DNA from: Candidatus Freyarchaeum deiterrae
GTDB lineage: Archaea > Asgardarchaeota > Jordiarchaeia > Jordiarchaeales > Jordiarchaeaceae
Assembly (NCBI GenBank): GCA_037305845.1
Contig: CP147778.1
Coordinates: 2,912,001 to 2,976,000 of the forward strand
Direction of reading: 5' to 3'
DNA: 64,000 nt
In this document: positions 19,322-29,372 of the stretch, piece by piece
Layout of the letters: every line of letters begins with the position of its first letter
How positions within the stretch are numbered: position 1 is the stretch's first letter
Notes under the pieces: model-generated
Told to the model about the DNA's origin: nothing
The model's database searches: none
The model's input: only the letters and a program-made list of their open reading frames with translations
Made by a program: the position numbers and the translations under genes

Positions 19322-20029
19322 ATGTCCAATAATAAGACCGTATCCGATAATAAGAATGAAATTCTTGTAGAAGGCGAACCCGATGTGCCGGCCGTTGTAC
19401 TTTTCGCAAAGACTGCAATTGATGAAACTTCGAAAATATACGGTCCCATTTTTGCTAGATTGGTTTCGGTGCACGCATTGAGATTTGAGGCGGAAAAACT
19501 GAAAGAAGAACCGCCTAACATTCAGGGATTAACTGATGTTTCCAACTACATCGTTACAAATATGAACAAATACACTCGAGGGTACTGCGCCGTAATCTAC
19601 GGAGTCGGCAAGGCAGAAGCTACTCTGCAAGGTTCCATGGGCGCAGGGGCTAAGAGATCCGCTTGGAGCGCCATGAGATCCATGCTTGAGAACACCGGTT
19701 TGCTAAACAACTTAGTTGGAACCACAGGAGACATATTAGAGGCCATCGATAAGTTCAATGTGATAGGAAAGCAACTTAAAACAGTTCTTACTGTACGCTT
19801 CATAAGGGACGAAAACAACCAGGTGAGAGAAGTAGTACCCAATTGTCCATTTAAAGACGCCTGCAAAGCTTTGGTGAAAGAAGGCGTAACACGCGTACGT
19901 GGAGGCATGGAGTGCATGTCTCTAATAGCCAACACCGCCGTTGCAGGAATAATTACAAAAAAAAGCCTCGACTATAACTTGGACGAGTTTGACAAACCCG
20001 AATGCAGAGGAAGAATATTCGAGCCCTAA
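19322..20029 (+). CDS. Cys-rich V4R-like family protein, paralog 1
   Basis: CPFKDAC...GGMEC...DEFDKPECRGRIFE; similar along its length to 41726 and 52519. Confidence 0.75.
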   Translation: MSNNKTVSDNKNEILVEGEPDVPAVVLFAKTAIDETSKIYGPIFARLVSVHALRFEAEKLKEEPPNIQGLTDVSNYIVTNMNKYTRGYCAVIYGVGKAEATLQGSMGAGAKRSAWSAMRSMLENTGLLNNLVGTTGDILEAIDKFNVIGKQLKTVLTVRFIRDENNQVREVVPNCPFKDACKALVKEGVTRVRGGMECMSLIANTAVAGIITKKSLDYNLDEFDKPECRGRIFEP

Positions 20030-20312
20030 ACACGCATTAAAGTTTCTTATTCCCTATATCATACCATAAAATTCGCCACAATTTCCCTCCAAGGATTATT
20101 ACAACCTCCAACTATGAAATAATAGAATTCCTTACACCTCAATTTATTTTTTAATGTTTTATAGAACTTCTTTTTCACAATGTTTAATTGACAAGAAGTT
20201 AATTTGACTTGAAGCAACTATTAATTCTGCTACGTTATCTTTAATATAGAACCGATATTACTGATTAATTTCAGCGTATCCTTGAAACTGAATTTTCTTG
20301 AAGGGTGATTTT

Positions 20313-20489
20313 ATGAGAATAGTGATCGATGAGGACAAGTGTACTGGTTGCGCTTTTTGTTTGTTTGCATGTCCTCTTCCCAATAAGGGTATCAGAATGG
20401 TCAAGGGAAAAGCAAAGGTAAAAGAGGAATGCACTGGATGCGGAAAATGCATCTCTGTCTGTACCGCGGGAGCTATCTTCACGGAGTAA
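20313..20489 (+). CDS. 2x[4Fe-4S] ferredoxin
   Basis: CTGCAFCLFACP and CTGCGKCISVC motifs; SD gggtga. Confidence 0.92.
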   Translation: MRIVIDEDKCTGCAFCLFACPLPNKGIRMVKGKAKVKEECTGCGKCISVCTAGAIFTE

Positions 20490-20663
20490 GAAAATCCCAA
20501 ACATATATACTATCCGATAACAGATTGTGATTGCGGAAACTGGAGAAATTTGGATTCAGTGTTTTTTGGGAAATATGGAGAAAGAATGATACAAACAATA
20601 ATTATTGTATCTGGTGATGTTGGCTCAGTTGCTTGGTTTTTTAATTTTTTAAAAATAAGGAAA

Positions 20664-21086
20664 TTATGAAATATCTGCAATCTTTATCTTAAAATTCAAT
20701 GCGAAACCGGCTAATGGATGATTGAAATCAACGGTCGCTTCTTCGTCAGTCATTTCTATTATTTGACCCGCTAATTTTTCTCCCTCGGGGGTTACGAATC
20801 TAATCATAACTCCTTCTTTTGATTCTTTTGGAAGTTTGTCTTTCGGAATTTTCATGACAAATTTGGGATTACGATACCCGAAGGCTTCTTTGGGTTCTAT
20901 CCTAATCTCCTTTTCTTCCCCCTTTTTCATTCCTATAACCCCCTGATCAACAGCCTTTATCACTTTTCCAGAACCAGCCTCAAACTCCAAAGGCTCTTTT
21001 CCCTCAGATGAATCAAAAATAGTTCCGTCATCCAAACTTACACTGTACTCCACTTTTACTTTATTTCCTTTCTGAACTGGCATCAT
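20664..21086 (-). CDS. slyD: FKBP-type peptidyl-prolyl isomerase (SlyD-like)
   Basis: DGTIFDSS, PKEAFG and VDFNHPLAG motifs; no His-rich tail. Confidence 0.9.
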   Translation of the reverse strand: MMPVQKGNKVKVEYSVSLDDGTIFDSSEGKEPLEFEAGSGKVIKAVDQGVIGMKKGEEKEIRIEPKEAFGYRNPKFVMKIPKDKLPKESKEGVMIRFVTPEGEKLAGQIIEMTDEEATVDFNHPLAGFALNFKIKIADIS

Positions 21087-21274
21087 TTCAACTCCATCTC
21101 ATTGAGAAAATAAAGAAAAAAATTATTTAAACTGCTGAAACTACTATCCATCTGGAATATTTTAGTGTTTGTCTTGTTAAGACTGTAGCTGATTGTCTCT
21201 GTCCAGTAACTATTTGAATGAGTTAGTTAAAATCGTTTCACTGAATTATTATCCGAATAGAATGTTTTGTATTT

Positions 21275-21676
21275 CTATTTTTTCTCCAGAAATTTCTTCA
21301 GTGGTTTCCAGTAGAAGTCATTCCAGCCTTGCTTGATATCTTCGTAGCATTCTTCGGGAACACCATCTTGATTAAATGTAAGCTTGGTTCCGCTGCTTTC
21401 TTTCTTCAACGTCATAGTGATTGTGGAGTAGTGGTCTTCGGGCCAACATTCTTCTTCAGCCCGCCAGGATTGAACGATCTTCTCGTCTGGAATAAGTTCC
21501 ACATTGACTCCCATAATGTAACCATCCCAGGCTGTAAACTTTCCATCTACTTCTCGGCTTACTTCTGCCGAGCTACCCGTAAACTGAGAATGTTTATCGG
21601 AATCCATTAATGCTTCATAAACCTCATGAGGGGGTGCTTTAAAAACTATGGACTGTTTAATAGTTTTGGTTTCCAT
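21275..21676 (-). CDS. SRPBCC/AHSA1 domain protein
   Basis: PHEVYEALMD, KIVQSWR and GWNDFYW motifs. Confidence 0.9.
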   Translation of the reverse strand: METKTIKQSIVFKAPPHEVYEALMDSDKHSQFTGSSAEVSREVDGKFTAWDGYIMGVNVELIPDEKIVQSWRAEEECWPEDHYSTITMTLKKESSGTKLTFNQDGVPEECYEDIKQGWNDFYWKPLKKFLEKK

Positions 21677-21862
21677 GATTACAACACCTGCCTAAACATC
21701 TTTGTTGCTGGTTATTAAATATAAATAGTCATTCATTTTTATTTAATATTATGGTTATGGTTGAATCTGAGCTTAGATTTCTCGGAACAATTAAATTTAT
21801 TTTAATACAGCAATAAAATAGTATCATAGTTCATTTTGTGAAATTCGGGTTTGAGGTGAAGA

Positions 21863-22441
21863 ATTTTAAAAAAACTTAAAGGCGTCGCATTTTTACTGCT
21901 TATAATCGGTTTTGCGGTAATCTTGCTCTCGGCCGCTTTAATGCGTTCTTACTCGTATGAAGCTCAACCAGTTAGCGGTGGGCAGGGGTGGGCTGAGGCC
22001 GAGAATCTCTTTTTACCCCCATACGGGTATTTCGTTAAAATTGTAAACACCACTCCCGGCCAAACTATTGGTGGTTCATACGAGTCGAGTACGCGTTTTC
22101 ACGTCTACGTTTTTGACGAAGAGAATTTTCTGAAATACCTTAGTGGCGCTCCCAATTATGCTCCCCTCTCATCCACTCTGAATTCTATGGCAGCCTGCTT
22201 TTATGCAGTCTCCCTAAAAGGGGGGCAGGTTTACATTGTGATACATAATCCCACCAATCAGCCTGCTTTTCTGCACTTCTGTCTGCACTTCTTCGATACT
22301 CAATCAATCCTCATCCCCAATAGTGAGAATTACGTATTCCAAATCTTCCTGCTTATCGGTGGATTGCTATCAGTCTCAGGATTGGTAACTGTAATTCTTT
22401 TAAAAATTCGGGAGAAAAAGGGCATTAGCCCGGCCCACTAA
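21863..22441 (+). CDS. Membrane-anchored protein with N- and C-terminal hydrophobic helices
   Basis: The frame extends upstream of TTG 21923 through KKLKGVAFLLLIIGFAVI to a stop at 21857; start codon uncertain. Confidence 0.65.
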   Translation: MLKKLKGVAFLLLIIGFAVILLSAALMRSYSYEAQPVSGGQGWAEAENLFLPPYGYFVKIVNTTPGQTIGGSYESSTRFHVYVFDEENFLKYLSGAPNYAPLSSTLNSMAACFYAVSLKGGQVYIVIHNPTNQPAFLHFCLHFFDTQSILIPNSENYVFQIFLLIGGLLSVSGLVTVILLKIREKKGISPAH

Positions 22442-22460
22442 ACGTGCCGATAACCAGCAT

Positions 22461-23306
22461 CTAGATGGATTTCTCCTGTTGAGTCAAAATCACTTTATTT
22501 ATTCTCTCGTAGAAAGATCTCTCTGTGTAAATGAGTTTGAAGGTCTTTTCAGACACGTTTACTTTGATGGATTGCCCTCCATCGATTTTCTTTCCGTCGC
22601 TCTCCGCCATCTGGCCATCCAGAATAACATAATTCTCTGAGGGCTTATATGTCAATACAAAAGTCACCTCGCTCTCGATAGGGACTATAAGTGGGAAAAA
22701 TCTGGTGGTATAAAACTGCGCCACACAGGTAATAGACATCGCCTCAAGCTTCGGATGTATTATAGACCCTCCCGCTGAGAGATTATAAGCGGTTGATCCT
22801 AAGGGTGAGGCTACAATCATTCGATCACCGCGAATGGATGAGATGAGGACATCATCAAGGAAGAGTTTTCCGTCAAGTATCCTTCCGTGTTCACCGCTGA
22901 TGACCACGTCATTCACCGCGAAACCTATGTACCTGCTGCTCAAGTAAACATCCAACACTCTGTGTACCTCTTCTTTGTACTGTCCATCCAAAATTTTTTC
23001 CAGCTCCGGTATTGCATCACACGCCCCCACCTCTGTTAGAAAACCGACTGTTCCCGAGTTAAGCGGGAAAATAGGAATCTCCTTTCCACTCTCAATAACT
23101 ATTCTAGCTGTTTTTAGAACGGTTCCGTCTCCTCCATTTGATATTATGAAAAAGGTATCATCCTGCACATCAACAGCAGCATCAATAGAGTAGGTAACAA
23201 ATCCTTTTTCCTCCAAAAATCGCGAAACGGTCTTAGTGGAAGATGAAGCTATCTGAGAACCCTTCCTAACAACCATTCCAACCTTATTAGCCATCTCTAT
23301 CATCAA
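22461..23306 (-). CDS. nadK: NAD kinase
   Basis: GGDGTVL, GFLT, ND and GSTAYNLSAGG motifs. Confidence 0.92.
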   Translation of the reverse strand: MMIEMANKVGMVVRKGSQIASSSTKTVSRFLEEKGFVTYSIDAAVDVQDDTFFIISNGGDGTVLKTARIVIESGKEIPIFPLNSGTVGFLTEVGACDAIPELEKILDGQYKEEVHRVLDVYLSSRYIGFAVNDVVISGEHGRILDGKLFLDDVLISSIRGDRMIVASPLGSTAYNLSAGGSIIHPKLEAMSITCVAQFYTTRFFPLIVPIESEVTFVLTYKPSENYVILDGQMAESDGKKIDGGQSIKVNVSEKTFKLIYTERSFYERINKVILTQQEKSI

Positions 23307-23506
23307 TATTTGTTTGTTATTATCTAGTAAATTAGAAAAGCACTCTATTTAAATTGCGCCCCAAAAGTACATTCTTCCATCTAATCTTTTATTTCAATTT
23401 TATTAACAAATTTCATGATGGTAGATTTACAATCCACAAAACAAGCGATGTATTACTGCTAGGAAAAGTTATATATTCAACCCTTCGATTTGTATCTTTT
23501 AAAATA

Positions 23507-24952
23507 ATGAGCATTGGTGATTTTTTGGATTCAGAAAAATTCGAGTACTTTGAGAGTCTCTTTCACCCCAAGTCTATGGCTATTATCGGTGCTAGTGAAA
23601 ACTCTATCTTCTATCTTTTTGCCCCCGGATCCACTGGTTTTAAAGGAAAAATCTATGCGGTTAATCCTAGCCGAGACAGCATTTTAAACTTTAAATGTTA
23701 CAAAAGCATTCTGGATATCGACGATGATATTGACTTGGCAACAGTTACTGTTCCAGCGAAGTACACTCCTGATGTTATGCGCGAATGCGTGGAGAAGGAA
23801 GTCAAAACCGCCCATTTCTTTACTTCAGGATTCAGCGAAACCGGAACCGAGGAAGGAAAAAAACTGGAGCAGGAACTTTTAAAAATTTCGAGAAACGGGA
23901 GCACCAGAATACTGGGACCGAACTGCATGGGTATTTACTGCCCAGAAAGCGGTTTATCTTTTTTGCCAGGTTTTCCCAAGAAGCCCGGACCGGTTGCATT
24001 CATAGCTCAGAGCGGCGCACTCACAGAGCAGGTGATTTATTCCGGGAGGATGAGAGGAGTCGGCTTCAGTAAAGTGGTCAGCTACGGGAACGCCATAGAT
24101 TTGGACAACCCCGACTTCATGGAGTATCTGGCTGAGGATCCAAAAACCAAAATCATCTCCACATATATTGAGGGAACCAAGAATGGAAGAAAATTTTATG
24201 AAACTATAAAAGAAGCGGTTAAGAAAAAACCAGTAATAGTATGGAAGGGCGGGCAAACCGAGAGAGGAGCTGTCGCCGTTTCCTCCCACACCGGCTCCCT
24301 AGCGGGTTCAGGAAACATCTGGAAGGCGGTTCTGACCCAGATAGGAGCTATAAACATTAGAGACCTCGAAGACCTCATGGACACTTATCTAGTTTTTCTG
24401 CATAATCCATTCCCGAGGGGAAGGAGAGGCTTAATAGTTTCTTTCAGCGGTGGAGAGAGCGTCACGGAAACCGACAAGGCGGTCGAAATGGGTTTAGAGA
24501 TACCACTCCTATCAAAGGAAACCAAGGAAAAAATCGAGGAGATGGTTCCGGTGGCTGGAATAAGTACCAGAAATCCTCTGGACATTCCTTATGCGTTTTT
24601 CCAATTCTCCAACATTGCAAAAGTCGTTAAAGTTGCAGCCTCTGAAGACAACATTGATTTCGTGATTTTCGAATTACTAGACCGTTACAGATCACTCGGT
24701 AAACGTTTCAGAGGTTTTCAATGGTACGTTGATCTCCGCAAATCCATACGAGAAGCAGCGAACTACATAAAGAATGAACTTGGGAAACCATTTGTGATAG
24801 CCGTACTACCAGCATTCAGCGAACAAGAAGCCATAAACCTAAGAAAATTCTACACTGCCCGCGGAATATCTGTGGTGCCAAGCATGACCAGAGCGTCTAA
24901 AGCCATAAAAAGAATGATCGAATACCGAGAATTCCTAGATAAACAGAAATAA
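23507..24952 (+). CDS. Acyl-CoA synthetase (ADP-forming) alpha subunit / CoA-binding protein
   Basis: IIGAS, GPNCMG, AQSG and SHTGSLAG (phospho-His); start is 23507 or TTG 23525. Confidence 0.9.
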   Translation: MSIGDFLDSEKFEYFESLFHPKSMAIIGASENSIFYLFAPGSTGFKGKIYAVNPSRDSILNFKCYKSILDIDDDIDLATVTVPAKYTPDVMRECVEKEVKTAHFFTSGFSETGTEEGKKLEQELLKISRNGSTRILGPNCMGIYCPESGLSFLPGFPKKPGPVAFIAQSGALTEQVIYSGRMRGVGFSKVVSYGNAIDLDNPDFMEYLAEDPKTKIISTYIEGTKNGRKFYETIKEAVKKKPVIVWKGGQTERGAVAVSSHTGSLAGSGNIWKAVLTQIGAINIRDLEDLMDTYLVFLHNPFPRGRRGLIVSFSGGESVTETDKAVEMGLEIPLLSKETKEKIEEMVPVAGISTRNPLDIPYAFFQFSNIAKVVKVAASEDNIDFVIFELLDRYRSLGKRFRGFQWYVDLRKSIREAANYIKNELGKPFVIAVLPAFSEQEAINLRKFYTARGISVVPSMTRASKAIKRMIEYREFLDKQK

Positions 24953-24997
24953 CAAAGATAAACTTTCGGTAGGTACAAAGAGATTTTGGAACTGGTT

Positions 24998-25450
24998 TTA
25001 ACTCTCCGATTTTTCAACCACCTCCGAGGGTGTTAGAACGGGGATACTCATATACTCTTTGAAATCTGCGGGATTCCAAGTGACTAAGGCATCAGAGTAA
25101 GTCTCTGCATGGGCCGCTACGAGGAAGTCTGGCAGAATTCTTTCTCTTTCTTTTCTCTTGCGGAGTAGATACTCGGAAAACATTTGTCCCGCGCTCTTTG
25201 CAACATCTAAAGAGCCACTGAGGTGTACTGATATATTGTTTGCGGCAATAAACTTTTGAACCCTGTTTTCTTCCTCATTAGGATTCCCGCTAAGAAATAT
25301 TCCCGTGTACAGCTCAGCATAAACTATCTCAGAGAGAACTAAACTCATCCTTTTCTCACCAGCCCACCGGAAAAATTTGAGTGTTTCACCAGAAAATTCA
25401 TCGCCTTTAAAATGGCTGATTATTACGCTCGTATCAAGTGCAAGCTTCAA
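24998..25450 (-). CDS. vapC: PIN-domain toxin (VapC)
   Basis: LDTSVI, YAEL, PDFLVAAHA and LVTWNPADF motifs; 4-bp overlap with the antitoxin. Confidence 0.9.
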   Translation of the reverse strand: MKLALDTSVIISHFKGDEFSGETLKFFRWAGEKRMSLVLSEIVYAELYTGIFLSGNPNEEENRVQKFIAANNISVHLSGSLDVAKSAGQMFSEYLLRKRKERERILPDFLVAAHAETYSDALVTWNPADFKEYMSIPVLTPSEVVEKSES

Positions 25451-25716
25451 TCCTTTTCCTCTCTTTCCGTTTTACCTCTAAGCCAGTGTACTACTTCAAC
25501 TGCGTTTTTCATTTTTCTAAAGACTGAATGGTCGCTCCAGGCCCCTGCGGTTTCAACCATAACTTTTTCCCAATCGCCACTAACCTTCTCTATAACGATT
25601 TTGCCGTCTTTGTATTGAACATTTACAATATCTCCAATACCTAATCCTAGTTTCTCCCTAATATCCTGGGGGATCGTTACTTGGAAACGGCGGGTAACTT
25701 TTACAAGCAAACCCAA
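25447..25716 (-). CDS. vapB: AbrB/MazE-type antitoxin (VapB)
   Basis: KVTRRFQVTIPQDIREKLGLGIGD motif. Confidence 0.9.
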   Translation of the reverse strand: MGLLVKVTRRFQVTIPQDIREKLGLGIGDIVNVQYKDGKIVIEKVSGDWEKVMVETAGAWSDHSVFRKMKNAVEVVHWLRGKTEREEKD

Positions 25717-25982
25717 TCACCAAATCCTATTAGGATGATAGGACTATTTAAAAGTAGTGAAAATCCCGAGGTCGCCCCCTAATTCTTTCAGGCTCTTAAC
25801 TTTCATGAATCATCATATTTCTCCTTGATTTTTTCTTTTTCATAATACCGCTTCAGCGTTGTATCTTCTTGTAGTGATACGATAAACTTCAAAGAAAAAA
25901 TATAAAAAAAAGAAAGCCCCGAATAAGGCTTTTCTCACTGAGTTATATCCTTGCTTTTAAGATTGAATATAGCTTCCTAGCT

Positions 25983-28403
25983 CTATATTCTCTCGTATTT
26001 TTTATAATCTGTCTCTTCTTCTCTATCCTGTTTTTCTTCCGTCTTTTCTTTCGTCTCACTAGTTTCTTTTTCTACGACCGTTTCCACTTTTCTGACGCGT
26101 TTGTGTTTCATTTCTTTTTCGGGTTCTTTTTCTAACTCACTAGTTTCTTTTTCGGGTTCTGGTTCTTTTTCTATGACTGATTTTCTGATGAGTTTGACTT
26201 TGCTTCTCTGTTTCTCTTCTTCTTCCTCGATTATCCGTAGCACGCCTGCGCTTATTTCACCAGAGACTCCCACAGATTGCAATAGTCTTTCACGGTCACT
26301 GGGAGTGGCTTTCAGAAGTTCTGTAACCAATGCGTTTGCTTCGTGATAACCAATTCCTGACTCCGCTAATAGAGGTACTAGTTGACCCACGAGTGGTAAA
26401 GGCACTAACACCTTGGTTCTAGGCTCCACACCAATGATACTTAGTTCATCTGCTAAAATCTTGGTTCTTACACTCTCGCGTGAAACAACATTCGCTTCAA
26501 ATTTTTCTCCGCGGCTCATAGCCACTATCATCTGGTCAATTCTCCGCACAATAGCGGGTATCCTCGCTCTCTTGACATATACGTATCCCGTAAACCCACT
26601 GGAAGGTATAGCTAACGAAAATAATGCGACTAGGAATATGGTTACGGGCACACGGACATTGGCGAATGGAATCAGGACTGAGCTCTCTTTCCCTTGCACT
26701 AGGAAGGTCAATTGCTGCGGCTGATTTAGCCCCGAACTGGCACTGACCTCTAAGACATAAGCTGACTGAGACAAACCAAGCGTCGGAACTACCACCGCGT
26801 AAGAGCCGTCTCCTAGAGAAATCACAGGCAATCCACCAGCGGAAATAGAAGCATCAGAAATCGGCGTTTCCGTAGCTCTGACAGTAGCAGCCGAAGCATT
26901 AGTAGTAGTAGCCTCAGCATATCTGAATGTGAAGATTAAAAATGGCACATCACTTTCAGTTTGTCCAAAGTTGCTTAACTCGAATGTCTTGGGACTCTTT
27001 AAATCGGAGGCATAGAAGGTTGAAGAATACAAAACAGTTGGTACACCCTGAACAAAAAGTAAAGTTTCATTGTATCCCGGATTGTAATTCTGCTTTTCGG
27101 CGTAGATTTCTACATAATAGGCCCCTGGGAGGTACGTGAGATTTAGATTGCCATAATATATACCATTACTATTGTTTGTGTCAATGAGATTACCATTCCC
27201 TACAAGAGATCCGCTGCTATTCCAGACTGTGTAACTAACATTTGCGCCTGTGACTGGCTCATTATGATAAGTGTCGTTTAGTTGAACACTGAAAGGCAGT
27301 TGTTCGAAGATTATACCATTAAGCGGTTTGCTACAATTTATTTCAATCGGAAGCGCTATAACCGATAAAATTGTACCATTAGCTGCAGGTAGGTAACCTT
27401 TACCTGCACCTGCTGTTGCGCTTATGTAAACCTGATACGTTTCACCTCCACTAAGTAGCGACGAAGAAACTGTGAGGAGATAGGACGCATTTGTTCCACT
27501 ACCTGTTTGAGTCAAAAGAGAGAAATTAGTTAAAGGTGTTCCATCAACGGATCTCAGAATCCAAGTTAAGTTTCCACCAAGTGCTGTAGCATCGAGGTTA
27601 ACGTTATTCGTTGAGTTTCTCCAGAATACTTGAAGACTCACATCTGTTCCCTGCATAGCTGGTACATAAGTTGCATTAGGTTGAACATAAGTGAGAATGT
27701 ATGCGCCTCCAGTAGTAAGGTCTACCGTAAAAGTATAATTGCTACTAGAATTAATGGACACATTTAGGTAGCTCCCGTCTAACTGAGTACCATTGGTCCA
27801 AAAGGTTTTGATATCATAATTAGTTCCGGAAACACTTGACCTAATTACGTGGAGCACCGCCCAACCATTAGAGTTGACATATTTTTGGTCAACGATTTGA
27901 TTCCCTGAACTTTTGGTTACATTAACGTAGGCGTTCGTTACAGGCACATAAGTTGTTGAATCTATCTTATATTGTGTTAGACACCATAATGTAACAATAT
28001 CGTTGAGCTTCAAGTTAACAGTTGTATCCGTATTAATTGTCTGTAATGTTGAAGTCTTTGAGTTTCCTAAAGTAGCGCTAAAGTTGTAGGTTCCCTTGTA
28101 CAAGGTGTATGTCACCAAACCGCTAGAATTGGTAATCTCCGGGTAACCACCGTTGTATGTTACAGTTACGCCTGCTAGGGGGTTTCCGTTATAGTCTGTT
28201 ACGTTAACAATTACCGAGTACTGGTACTGGCATTTCTCTCCAGAGAGGGTTATCCCACCTGCTGGGGCACTAGGCGCTGATGAGTATGTTGAAGCTACTG
28301 GTAGTACGGGTATGGACGAGGATTTTGGAATGACGGCTACCAAGAGAAAGATGGATAGAATAAATATACAGGATATGATTATGGCTTTTTTCTTCCTATC
28401 CAT
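25983..28403 (-). CDS. Single-pass cell-surface glycoprotein with Ig-like domains and a cytoplasmic tail
   Basis: Signal peptide; T/S/N-rich beta domains with many N-x-S/T sequons; TM near aa 590-610; charged tail with EKEPE/EKETSE repeats. Confidence 0.85.
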   Translation of the reverse strand: MDRKKKAIIISCIFILSIFLLVAVIPKSSSIPVLPVASTYSSAPSAPAGGITLSGEKCQYQYSVIVNVTDYNGNPLAGVTVTYNGGYPEITNSSGLVTYTLYKGTYNFSATLGNSKTSTLQTINTDTTVNLKLNDIVTLWCLTQYKIDSTTYVPVTNAYVNVTKSSGNQIVDQKYVNSNGWAVLHVIRSSVSGTNYDIKTFWTNGTQLDGSYLNVSINSSSNYTFTVDLTTGGAYILTYVQPNATYVPAMQGTDVSLQVFWRNSTNNVNLDATALGGNLTWILRSVDGTPLTNFSLLTQTGSGTNASYLLTVSSSLLSGGETYQVYISATAGAGKGYLPAANGTILSVIALPIEINCSKPLNGIIFEQLPFSVQLNDTYHNEPVTGANVSYTVWNSSGSLVGNGNLIDTNNSNGIYYGNLNLTYLPGAYYVEIYAEKQNYNPGYNETLLFVQGVPTVLYSSTFYASDLKSPKTFELSNFGQTESDVPFLIFTFRYAEATTTNASAATVRATETPISDASISAGGLPVISLGDGSYAVVVPTLGLSQSAYVLEVSASSGLNQPQQLTFLVQGKESSVLIPFANVRVPVTIFLVALFSLAIPSSGFTGYVYVKRARIPAIVRRIDQMIVAMSRGEKFEANVVSRESVRTKILADELSIIGVEPRTKVLVPLPLVGQLVPLLAESGIGYHEANALVTELLKATPSDRERLLQSVGVSGEISAGVLRIIEEEEEKQRSKVKLIRKSVIEKEPEPEKETSELEKEPEKEMKHKRVRKVETVVEKETSETKEKTEEKQDREEETDYKKYERI

Positions 28404-28527
28404 ATATGTCGCCCTCCAATTAGTAACGAGCTATTCTTGGTTTATGGTTGAATGTTTTCTAGCTTTAATTTTGGTATCTCTATCGGTTTTATTTATGCTT
28501 TTAATTTGTTTCTTTTTCGAAATTGTC

Positions 28528-28623
28528 TATTAAACTTATCTAAAGCATTTGCTAAATAAAGTATATAGTTTACATTCAAATTATTAAACTTATCTAAACT
28601 TTTTCTAGTATTAGATAAATTTT
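28528..28623. promoter_or_regulatory. Repeated 17-bp motif upstream of the surface-protein gene (candidate operator)
   Basis: tattaaacttatctaaa at 28528-28544 and 28582-28598, plus an imperfect inverted copy from 28611. Confidence 0.45.
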
Positions 28624-28665
28624 ATCACAAAACTATAATGGGAGCCCAAAAACTGAAACAGGAAC

Positions 28666-29292
28666 TCACTTTAAAAATTTTACACGCCTTCCCTCCACTC
28701 TCAGTCTCCCCTCAACAAAAAGCTTAACCGCCTCTACATATATTTCATGTTCCTTTTCCAGAATTCTGTCTGAAAGGGTTTCCTCCGTATCGTCATCATA
28801 AACCGGTACCACGTCCTGAAGTATAATGGGGCCGTGATCCATTTCCGCATCCACAAAGTGAATGGTGGCTCCGGTGTATTTGACGCCGTATTCCAATGCC
28901 TGCTTCTGGGCGTTCACTCCTGGAAAAGATGGGAGTATGGCGGGGTGTATGTTCATCATCCGGTTCTTGTACTTGTTCACAAAGTACGAGCTGAGCATGA
29001 GCATGTAGCCGGCGAGAAGCACCAAGTCCACTTTTCTCCTTTCAAGCTCCGCAATAATCTTCTTATCATACTCAACCCTCTTCTCCTCCCTATGCTCCTT
29101 ATCCTTCCAGAAATCCTGCGGATCAATAAAGACAGCCTCAATCCCGTAATCTCTAGCCCTCTGCAACGCCAGAGCGTCCTCTCGACTGCTAATGACAACA
29201 CTTATCTTTGCTTTGATGTATCCCGACTCCACAGCATCTATAATCGCTTGAAGGTTAGTACCTCTACCCGAAACAAGCACCCCAATATTCAT
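28666..29292 (-). CDS. purN: Phosphoribosylglycinamide formyltransferase
   Basis: SGRGTNLQAI, LAGYM, NIHPAILPSFPG and HFVDAEMDHGPI motifs. Confidence 0.97.
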   Translation of the reverse strand: MNIGVLVSGRGTNLQAIIDAVESGYIKAKISVVISSREDALALQRARDYGIEAVFIDPQDFWKDKEHREEKRVEYDKKIIAELERRKVDLVLLAGYMLMLSSYFVNKYKNRMMNIHPAILPSFPGVNAQKQALEYGVKYTGATIHFVDAEMDHGPIILQDVVPVYDDDTEETLSDRILEKEHEIYVEAVKLFVEGRLRVEGRRVKFLK

Positions 29293-29372
29293 TATAAACC
29301 CAACCTGAATTCTAAAAGTTAAATGCAACGCTTAATAATCTCAAATGTTCTTGCCTCAAATAAAAATTTTCA

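Noticed and set aside
24998-25716. VapBC pair as marker of an integrated mobile element
   Set aside because: No integrase, transposase, tRNA or flanking direct repeats seen
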